From: Octopus vulgaris
Taxonomy: Eukaryota
Direction of reading: 5' to 3'
DNA: 64,000 nucleotides
NCBI GenBank assembly: GCA_951406725.2
Contig: OX597825.1
Location: 36,084,001 to 36,148,000 of the forward strand
The position numbers and the translations under genes are program-made. Below the pieces are notes generated by a model that worked only from the letters and a program-made list of their open reading frames with translations, ran no database searches and had not been told where the DNA came from. Positions 51,221-62,054 of the stretch are shown piece by piece. How positions within the stretch are numbered: position 1 is the stretch's first letter; each line of letters begins with the position of its first letter.

Positions 51221-52064
51221 GGATAACATGTTTGAACTTGGTTCCATACCCAAGTTCCTTTATTTTAAAGATGCAAGTGTATAACTATCTCGAAATCCGA
51301 ATCAATCCCGATCATAAGCATTCCGGATACAGGACTATCAACTGCATTCACGACTAAGTATCTAAATAGTGCTTAGTTTTGTCCTTCACTAATTATTTTA
51401 TTCTTTTATTTGTTTCAGTCATTTGACTGCGGCCATGCTGGAATTTTTAATGACTCCCTTCGTTAAATACTTTAAAACACTATCTTAAACTAATATAGTT
51501 TTTTTTAAATGGCTCCCCTCAATGATTATTTTATCACCAATTTCTAATATAATGAAAACTGCTTCGTAGAAGAGGTTAGAATAAGATCGAAACGTCAGGA
51601 GTTGTCTCCTATATTTGCTAAAGTAAGATAATATTAGTCATTGACTAATATCGTTTATCTCTACTTCTTTATTGCATATCTGTTTCTTGTTAGAATTTTA
51701 AAACTCTGTGTATTAAATATGTCAACACTATATCATCTACAGTCAATATTTTGGAATCCACTGAAATATAATATTACTTATAAACTGGGCACTCAAAGGA
51801 CTGTTATCTTTTAGGTAAGTATTAGAACTAACAGTGCTTATAGAAACTGCACGGATATTTTGGAATCTATAAAATTGTATGAAGTTTATAGAGGACATGA
51901 AATATATAATTCTTTTGAAATTGTATTTTTTTCTGAAGTGCTTAAATCTCGTGATTGTACGAAGGTCATATAGATAATACTGAAAGAGAGAAAATCTTTG
52001 TGAGCTACTTTATTTATTATGAGAATTTTACGGCATTATTTTTACGTCAATAAAGTTCATAGGC

Positions 52065-52648
52065 AAGGCGGCGAGCTGGCAGAAACGTTAGCACGCCGGG
52101 CGAAATGCTTAACGGTATTTCGTCTGCCGCTACGTTCTGAGTTCAAATTCCGCCGAGGTCAACTTTGCCTTCCATGCTTTCGGGGTCGATAAATAAGTAC
52201 CAGTTACGCACTGGGGTCGATATAATCGACTTAATCCGTGTGTTTGTCCTTGTTTGTCCTCTCTGTGTTTAGCCCCTTGTGGGTAGTAAAGAAATAGGTA
52301 TTTCGTCTGCCGCTACGTTCTGAGTTCGAATTCCGCCGAGGTCGACTTTGCCTTTTATCCTTTCGGGGTCGATTAAATAAGTACCAGTTATGCACTGGGG
52401 TCGATATAATCGACTTAATACGTTTGTCTGTCCTTGTTTGTCCACTCTATATTTAACCCCTTGTGGGTAGTAAAGAAATAGGTATTTCGTCTGCCGTTAC
52501 GTTCTGAGTTCAAATTCCGCCGGGGTCGACTTTTCCTTTCATCCTTTTGGGGTCTATACTTTAAGTACCAGTTGCGTACTGGGGTCGATCTAATCGACTG
52601 GCCCCCTCCCTCAAAATTTCGGGCCTTGTGCCTAGAGTAGAAAGGAAT
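52065..52648 (+). mobile_element. SINE family C trimer (tRNA head plus ~184-bp tandem units)
   Basis: GGCGGCGAGCTGGCAGAAACG..GAGTTCAAATTC; units start near 52113, 52297 and 52481; central GACTTTGCCTTTCATCCTTTCGGGGTCGATAAA. Confidence 0.85.
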
Positions 52649-53253
52649 AAAATTCATGGGATCTTGAAAGAGACTCATACAATTCTCCATGAGAAAAAAC
52701 TGGTCACAGAGAAATAATGAATTTTTCTCGAATATTTATCTTCAAGGCTTGTTTATTTATGTTGAAACACCTCAACGTATAGGAAACTGATCTCTCTTTA
52801 ACTTAAAACCTTTGATTCTGATCGTGAATTATGAATCAACTCTGTTTCTATACAAATATCTCATAGGTTTGTAATCTTTATTTTTGTTCCATTGCAAAGT
52901 CCATGCTGAAAGGATATATTTCGTAAGAGGCATCTTTTCTATTTGGCTGCCAGGGTCAATTTCTGTTCAAATTGATTTGATATTCAGTGTAATGATACAC
53001 TTTTATAGGCTAATGAATGCCATGAAAATCATTTTCGCCATAAATCAATAAATAAAGAGTTTTTAGCAATTAAAGTTTGAAAATTTGGGATAATTCTAGC
53101 TAATCGTAAGCCACAGACACATTCATGCCTGTTTCCATAGTAACATTGTGTATGTGTGTGTGTGAGTGTGTGCGTATATATGTATGTATAAAAATTTATA
53201 AAGCAAGATGGAATGAACAGACTTATATATATATACTTGTGTGTATGATTATG

Positions 53254-53341
53254 TACCTACCTACCTACCTACCTACCTACCTACCTACCTACCTACCTAC
53301 CTACCTACCTACCCACCTACCTACCTACCTACCTACCTACC
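53254..53341. repeat. (TACC)n microsatellite
   Basis: Seen directly. Confidence 0.95.
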
Positions 53342-53382
53342 AACACACATACACACATATAGTGTACTATATCGTTATTTAT

Positions 53383-53551
53383 ATTATTTACATTTGACGG
53401 ATATTTGTCCTCATCTTGTTTGTTGTTAACACAACGTTTCGGCTGATATACACTCTAGCCTTCATCAGGTGCCTTGGGGAAATTTCGAACCCGGGTTCTC
53501 ATTCCTAAGGTATTTTCGATGTTGCTGCTGCTGTTGTTGTTGTTGTTGTTG

Positions 53552-53616
<65 letters not shown>

Positions 53617-53700
53617 GTTATTATTATCATCATTCAGGTCACTGCCTGGAATCGAACTCGGAATCTTGGGGTTGGTAGCCCGCGCTCTTAACCACTACGC
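53383..53700 (-). mobile_element. tRNA-headed SINE with hammerhead-bearing tail (left arm)
   Basis: A box GCGTAGTGG, B box GTTCGATTCC, (AAT/AAC)n spacer, GGCAC-CTGATGA-A-GGCT..AGCC-GAAA-CG-TT-GTGTT. Confidence 0.8.
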
Positions 53701-53712
53701 CACAGGCATATC

Positions 53713-53794
53713 GCGTAGTGGTTAAGAGCGCGGGCTACTAAACCCAAGATTCCGAGTACGATTCCAGGCAGTGACCTGAATGATAATAGTAGTG

Positions 53795-53857
<63 letters not shown>

Positions 53858-54035
53858 ATAATAACATCGAAAAATACCTTAGGAATGAGAACCCGGGTTC
53901 GAAATTTCCCCAAGATACCTGATGAAGGCTGGAGGGTATATCAGCCGAAACGTTGTGTTAAAAACAAACAAGACGAGGACAAATATCCGAAAAATGTAAA
54001 TAATGTACATAATTCCTCATCTCTTAAATATAAAA
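53713..54035 (+). mobile_element. tRNA-headed SINE with hammerhead-bearing tail (right arm)
   Basis: A box GCGTAGTGG, B box GTACGATTCC, (AGT)n spacer, GATAC-CTGATGA-A-GGCTG..CAGCC-GAAA-CG-TT-GTGTT. Confidence 0.8.
53914..53959 (+). ncRNA. Minimal type I hammerhead ribozyme motif
   Basis: CUGAUGA at 53919-53925, stem II GGCUG/CAGCC, GAAA at 53947-53950, palindromic ACGU stem III, stem I GAUAC/GUGUU. Confidence 0.65.
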
Positions 54036-54479
54036 CTGTATTTCGTTATTGGTAGGATCGCCAAACACAAGTACTCCAGCTAGCGAGAGATTAATATAAG
54101 TTAATAAACATAGGATTCAAATGTGCGCTACCATCAGTTTCATGCTCAGGTAATATATTAATTGGACGAGTTTGTATAGCGTGCCATGTATTATCCTGCA
54201 ATCGTTCAGGCTCTAGATATACTTGGTCGCTCTGAGAAAAAGCGAGAAAGATCGAGATGAGCAAGAAAAAAGAAAGAAGCGAGAAAAAGAAAGCTTGTCC
54301 TTTTGGTCTTTCTGAAGAAGGAGTAACAATGTTTGGTGGTGGTGTTAGCCGTTCTCCGCCTGATTAAGTCCACCAATCATTGTTCACCCCACTTCTAACG
54401 GACCAAAGGGACACAACTCTTATCTCTCTTCTCACCAAGTTTCTCTCGTTACCTTCTTTCTTCCCGAGAAAATTAAATT

Positions 54480-54481
<2 letters not shown>

Positions 54482-54547
<66 letters not shown>

Positions 54548-54548
54548 A
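54482..54548. repeat. (CA)n microsatellite
   Basis: Seen directly. Confidence 0.95.
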
Positions 54549-55257
54549 TACAAATATATATATGTGTGTGTGATAGGAAATGATAGAAACGACATTCTTT
54601 ATTTAAAATCACTAGAACTGCTTAGTACATAGGTGAAATGTTGTACAATCAGCATCTTGCGTCCAAGGTGTAAAACGCGCCTTTTCAGGTGATTGTTCAA
54701 ATAAATTCTTCGTTAGATTCTCTCGCCATTTCACTCAGTGTGATAATGCATACCCAGAGAGATGTGTGATTCTCTGCAGTTTACGAACAAAACTAAAACC
54801 ATAGATATAGTGACAAACAAAATACGATTGTAATAAAAATATAAAATACATAACTAAAAAAAAAAATTAAACAAAAGAAAAGGGTCAGGTTGACGATTAA
54901 TTACCATTTTATTTTAATGGTCAGATTATAACGAAGAAAGTTCTAAAAAGACTATAGAATAGAATGAAAGATAAAATGAAACGTTTAGAATTGACAAAGT
55001 AATAAAGAGGTCAAGACTGACCAGTTCAGTACTTATCAACTATTTCCTTTTCTCTTTTGAGGGTCGAAATTACCTTTCTTCTTTCGCGACAAAACAACTG
55101 GCCCTATCCTAGACTCGCATGAGCCTCTAATTAAAATTAATTTATTACCGTCTAGTTTTTATATGCTTCACTGAAACAATAAGAAAAAAGTGAAGTTAGT
55201 AGGTATCCTTAATCGCCCCCCCCATCCATACAACCACACTCAAGGTACTGTACATTG

Positions 55258-55258
<1 letters not shown>

Positions 55259-55323
<65 letters not shown>

Positions 55324-55447
55324 CTACATACATACATACATACATACATACATACATACATACATACATACATACATACATACATACATACATACATACA
55401 TACATACATACATACATACATACATACATACATACATACATACATAC
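55259..55447. repeat. Compound (TATC)n(TACA)n microsatellite
   Basis: Seen directly. Confidence 0.95.
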
Positions 55448-58400
55448 ACACATGTATACTTAGTACCAATATTCACACTATTTCTACTTTTTATATTAAT
55501 TTGTATTGATATATAGTTCAGCTTGTTGAGCAAAAAGTAGCAAAATCGTCTTCCTCGGATTGAGATGCAGCCATTAAACAAGGACTTAGATTTTCTTTAA
55601 CATACTGAATATATTTCATTGCAAAACAGGAAATATATCAAGGTTAATGTTCCGAGGGAAACAAAGCATAAATCCCCAGCTTATAGTTGATCGAGTAGGT
55701 TATTTCGTAGTATTTGAATAGCTGAAATGGTTTTTAAGAGATTAGAATCCTCGATTTAAATCGGTATATACCTGGTTGCACAAAAGATGGAATTTCAGTA
55801 ATGGTATAATTGGAAAAGAAATTAAACTTATTTACCAGAAAATTGTTGTCCAGTATTATCAACTTATACATTTTGCTGTTTGTGATGTACTGCATTCTGC
55901 AACGAGTGGAGTTATGGTTGGAGAGTCTAAAGTAGAGACTGTAAGACCTGGCTCATGAAAATGGAAGACCTTATTTGTTAAAGAATTATCTAATTTTCAC
56001 GGATGAATTTTCCCTATACTTTCAAAAAAAAAAAAAAAAGCTACAAATCAATAATTGAGGAAGCTTGAACAACATGCAAAATATTTCACAAATCTTCTTT
56101 AAATTACGAGCAATTACAAGATTTTATGGTGAAGATGGGAATGAATTTAAACTTTTATTTGTTTGTAAAACGCTCTGTGATAATCTTAAACTAGGACAGA
56201 AACGTTTCCAAAAGAAGAAAAATGCACCCCAAGGCTCTTAAAAGGGTTTGATCCATAGAAACAGCATCAGATACTAAGTGTGAAATACTCTACAAAATCT
56301 CATGGGTAGTCTTCGATAATTTAAATAACCATCAATCCAGTTTTTATTGAGGTAGAATTTTGCTGTCATTCAAATATATCAGCATCTTTTAAAGCATTTA
56401 TTCTTAAACGAGACAAAATAAAATTTTTACTCTCGCATCGTTTCTCTCTCACTGAGATTTGTCAGAGGATGCCACATCCCCTGCTTCTTCTAAAACAATG
56501 TGGAAAGCAATTGCTTGGAAGGTTATATAAAAAGAATTTCATGAGTTCTAAGAAATGATTGCTGGTGGCGGTTAACTGGCTCAGTGCGATCAGGCCTAAA
56601 ATAAGGAAGCAATCATGGAAAATCTAAAATTCAAACTTAAACCAAGTGATAAAAATACCGATATGAATAGTGAACTAAAATGCTTTGAAATTAGAGAAGC
56701 TAGAAGTAGAAATAACTATACAAATCTGATGTTTTATATGTAATCAAACTATATTTGCCTACCCTACAGAGTCACACGTCCCGTATGGTTCCAACTCATC
56801 CCTTCGTATACGATTGTAGCAGATAGTAAGATGTTTTGTTATGAAGTCAGCTAAAAGCAGCCACATGACTAATTTTCGTACCTTGTCTAAAAAAAACCCG
56901 CATATTTGCTCATTTGAGCCTATCATCAAATATGGAAATAGTTCTTTTCAATCCCGAAAGCCTGGTTGCTATTATGAAGCAGACATTGAGGCCAAGACGC
57001 AGGCAGGTAGTTGACAAGTAGCTGATAAATATGAACATGATGCGAACGCAGTCTTAGAAGCCCCCATTAAGTTAATCCGAAGCTCACTGACTAACAGAAC
57101 AGGCAAAGACTACGTAACTCTCTTTTTCCTTCTTCAGCCAATGCAAGTACCCCACAAGACCAGAATCCTCATGATAATGTTCCCGCAGCTCACTTTTGTT
57201 TCTTTATCTTTACATATACTGAATTCATATTTGCGACAGAATGACAACGGATATGCTTTCTCATCCACATTCGCAATAAATTTTTTTTGGAAACAAAACA
57301 ACAAACATTATACTTTTTAAACAACACATTACTGATTCAGTTATTATATATCTATGGAGAATTTTCTTCAATGATGAATTTTTAAATATTTCATGTCACT
57401 AAAACTTTTGTTTCTTTTTTTTTTTTTAGCAAGAAATTTGATCTCCGTACATCACAAAGCTAAATGTTTGTTCTAACGAAAAGAGAACAGACACTAATTT
57501 AAGTTGGTTAGCAGGAAATTTTTCTGTGAATTTTTCCTAAACTTTGATCTTTTTGTTGTGTCTAGTGATATTGATTCGGGGTTCTTAACAAAAGTACTTT
57601 TGCATTCATTTATTTTCTTCTATTTTGTCAGTATATTTTAGTTGTCATGCTTATTGACGTCTTCGGTGTATCTGTCGCCATATTGAATGGACATGTATTA
57701 GATATGATCTTTCTGTTTGTGTAAATCCTTGTTCATCTGGAGAATTTTTACATTCATGACTTTCACCCTCTGAACATTTCTTTAACTTGAATTGTCTAAA
57801 CATTCATAATTCATTTAGACTGGATTCGCAGCTTTTAGAAGACTTTTCCTGCGCCATTTTCTTTTGTAGATATCACCTGAGTTATGTTATAACCTACTTT
57901 TTATTCCAGAATGCTGCATTATGAAGTTAGGACATTTTGACTTATTTTATTCACAAGAGAAAATATGCGCTTTCTGTCTCTAACATAAAACGTCTCCTTA
58001 TACTTTTTGAAAGATTATTTTAAAAACAAACATTAAAATTTTATTCATGATAGAACAATCAAATATTAAAACTTCTCAATATCACTGCTACAAAGTTTGC
58101 ACATCAAACGCAAAACAAAACAAATAAATTTTCTTGCCTTTTATTATCTTTTAAATAACTGCATGTTATACAAAAGCGGAATAAGTTTTTATATACAAAA
58201 TAAATATAGGGTAACCAAATTTTATTACTATGTAGAGGCTCCGTTAGTTTCGACGATGAGTATTCAGTTGTTTAATTAACTGAATTTCTACTCATGAAAT
58301 GAACGTGTGAGTGTCTGAGTATTCCTCAGATACATCTCGTAAGATAATTCTCAGGCAAAATCAACGTGACATAATGTGATGAGACAGGAACATGTTTAGA

Positions 58401-58468
58401 TTACAAGTACAATCCAAGTACATGAGTGGTATTTTATTTATCCACTCTGAAAGGGTGCTCGTTCCCCC

Positions 58469-60417
58469 ACAAACCAAAAAAGCCCCAAATTACAAGATTT
58501 CACAAACAAGAACACACATGAACATTTAACAGAAACAAACGAAAAGAATAATAGGAAAAAAGGAAAACATAAAAAACTGAGGTGACTTCACCAAGCAAAG
58601 TGAAAAAGAAAATCTTTGATAATTTATGTTAGCTTTTTCAAAAAAATGTTCAATGACGTTGCCTGGATCGTGGGGCACGAATAGCCATCATTTCATCTTT
58701 TCTTTTATTAATCATACATCTGCTCATTCGATTTTTTCTTTTATTCGGCCCTACTTGTAATATCATGTGTCATCCCTTGTGGACAATAAAAAGAATAAAT
58801 ACGTAGTAGGCGGCGTGGTATGTTCGCTTTCGTGTTACAGGCTGTTATAATTTTATTACCTGAAGTTTATGGTTGAATTGCCATTGATTTTGTGCAGGCT
58901 TTGCCTTTTGGGATTACCTGTTTTAAAAAAATTGTTTAAAAACTGTTAGTGTCTTGCGACACATTGTTAGCCTTCACAGGCTTGTTTCATGTTGGTTTTC
59001 TCGTTTGGTGGGTGAAGCGTTTACATTTTGTGTAGAGTGTCCTACACAAAATGGATGACGACACATTTTACGAGCTCTGGGAAAGCGAGGATGAGACGGA
59101 CTACACAAGTGATTCTGGAGATAGTACGGATGATTATGCGGCCGCGGCACAAAGAAAGATGAAATGTTACAACATCGAGCCTGAAGCAGTCGAGAAGTTC
59201 CAGTCATTTCTTCAAGGGGTGGGGGGAGACAACATGAGGCTAAATCCCCTCACCCACCCAAGGAGGTGATGCAAGGAGTTAAGAGAAGAACAATTGTTTA
59301 TAGGACGCTATCTTTGAAGACCAGAAAAATAGGGATAGCGTCAATAGAGGATATTGAAAAGGCATTAAAACCTATTATGTATAAATTGGCGTACGTTAAG
59401 CGCGGAAGAAAGTTTGGAACGGTGGAGATGCAGTTTGTAGCTGAGAGCGAGGCCAAGATGGACTCAGCGACCACTCTGCAGATAAGCGGATTAGCTCTTT
59501 TACTGTTATATCTGGCAAAAGAACGACGAAAATAATGATAAATGGGTTCGACCCGGAAATCAAACCAAGGTGGCTCCTGGCGGCGGAAGAGGCTACACTA
59601 TTGAATTTGGAAGAAAAAAGTACCCAGAACTAGTGTGGCAGGGACATAAGAGCAACAATCCAGGCCACAATAACAGATATTGATACCATACCGGAGTTCG
59701 TCATCCTTCCGGATGATACAAGAGTGAAGGTCCCTGTTCAGGGCTTCGAGTGTGGGCAAAAGGGACACATAAGAAAAACGTGTCCCCAGGGCCTACAACC
59801 TGAAGCACAGGGAGAAAGCCAGACGGTGGCTAGTATGCAGCAACAGAGAATGGAAGAGGAAGAAAAGCAGGAGGGGTGATGGTGAAGACAGAGAAAGACA
59901 CACCGTCTACTTCAACGACTACGGAGCGGAAGGTGAAGCAGCGGGAGGAGACGGTGGAAGGAGAGAGAGAGTCATGGCGGAAGAAGTAGCACCGTTGACA
60001 ACTTCTACAAATGTAAGTGACGGTGAATGGCAGGTGGCTGGGGGGGGGGGGGAAGAAAATTACCCATTCCTCCCTCTTACAAACCAAAAAAGCCAAAAGT
60101 TACAAGACCTTACAAACAAGAACAGACATGAATATTTAACAGAAACAAACGAAAAGAATAAAAAAAGAAAAATACAAAAAGACTGGGGTGACTTCACCAA
60201 ACAAAGTGAAAAAGAATAACTTTGACAATTTATGTTAGTATTTAAAAAAATGTTCAATGATGTCATCTGGGTCGTGGGGCACGGATGGCCATCATTTCAT
60301 CTTTTCATTTATTAATCACACATCTGCTCATTCGACTTTTTCTTTTTTTTCGGCCCACATATAATGTCCTGTATCGTCCCCTCTTTGTTGGCCCCTTGTG
60401 GACAATAAAAAGAATAA
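58469..60417 (+). mobile_element. Tx1/L1-like non-autonomous retroelement: decayed gag-like ORF1 between two ~335-bp direct repeats (58469-58798, 60079-60417)
   Basis: ORF1 pieces 59051-60050 with knuckle remnant FECGQKGHIRKTCP (59745-59786); no ORF2; both repeats end CCCTTGTGGACAATAAAAAGAATAA. Confidence 0.7.
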
Positions 60418-61299
60418 GTAATATGCTGTCATGAGATAGTCGTGTCTTTACTGGTTTTACTTAGTATACTGTATACCGAAGTGGGCATTATAATAATCCA
60501 TTTAAAAAAAGATTGTAACGCTTAGTCAAAGTGAAAACTAGTTATTGTAGTCAACATTTATTGCTACAAGATCAATCACCCCAAAAATCCAGCCAAATTT
60601 TATTATTAGTGCACGGTAGAAGCTGACAAGAATGTAAAGAGAGGAGAAGTTGCGTCAAAATTTTTAACAAAAAAATTCTTCTATGTGTATACATGACCTT
60701 GTTGCATAACAGAACACGTGAATGATATTAAAAAATGCCAGTACATTTACTGTCAGACAAAGCAAATAATTTCATACGTTTTTCTCTTCTCGAAAGAAGG
60801 ATGAGTGAAAGGTCATGTGAGTCACTTAATGTAAGCATAATTTAATGACAGGATTTAGCCAAAACAATTGCATTTCATTCAGAAACAAAATACTTGCTTC
60901 CTGTTGGTAGACACTTTGACCTGTCTTCCATTTCCAATAACAATTAGTTCTTTAGAATCGACGAGTGTCTGTCTATCTGTCCTTGTCTTTTCTCTTTTCC
61001 ACCTTTGTCTGGAATTTTGCGCTTACAGAAATTGTAAAGTACGATGACTAACTTCAGAATACGGTTTACGATTTTGACCTAACGGAGACGCAGATATATT
61101 TTAATAAATTATAAACTTCACTTTCTTCTAATTCAAAAAACCGCTTGTCGGTGTTTTAGCTAAAATCATTGTAGAACTGACAATTTTAAAATATATAAAT
61201 CATGATATGTATGTATGTGTTATGTGAATTATTGTTATGCAAATTGTGCTATGATTAGAGTGACTTCCTTTGATATAAAAGGCATGCACATTTGATGAT

Positions 61300-61302
<3 letters not shown>

Positions 61303-61349
<47 letters not shown>

Positions 61350-61356
61350 GAGAGAG
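61303..61356. repeat. (GA)n microsatellite
   Basis: Seen directly. Confidence 0.95.
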
Positions 61357-62054
61357 GCCATTTTGTATAGTATACGTTGAATCGAGAATATCGTGGATAA
61401 CACTACAAGATGCTTGTACCAATGACGAAAAAAAATTGTACTTAACATGGGTGATTTTCCTTGATTGGGATCAGAGAGCAAATTCGCATTATCACCCTTA
61501 AACTATAATTTGTTCCCAACAATTTTGGAGCAATTGATGTAGTCCACTTGAGTTCCACTGCAACAATACAGCAGTTACCTTTTCGCCTGCGACTATCATC
61601 TTTCATGGTACGCCATGTTTGATCCATAACAGTTGCTCTGTATTTTGCGTGTTCAAAGATGTTTTCTGCATTTTAACAACACCAACATTTTGTGTGTAAA
61701 TATCCCGATATAAAATAAAATTATTTATGATACTAAATAAGCATCTGAAATTCTTGGCTTCAGTACATGAGGCATTGATGTTACTTCGGCACGTGGAAGG
61801 CCGATAGTGCCATTTCCTTTCAGCTTTGCACCGCATCTCGACGTCTGTGAACGATTAACTAGTATCATTGGACAACATCCAACACGCTTTACTGTTGTGG
61901 ACTATGACTGGAAATTTGTTTCTTTGAACCAGCAATTACTGGTGATACATAACAATCAAAGAAACTAATTTCTAAATCTCGAAGAAGTTGCTGAATAATC
62001 TATAGAGAAAGAAATTTATGAAAAGACGAATACGAATTGGGAAGGATACCAGAT

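Noticed and set aside
53640-53775. Two tRNA genes
   Set aside because: No proper acceptor stem, the anticodon differs between copies (ACC versus ACT), and both continue into SINE bodies
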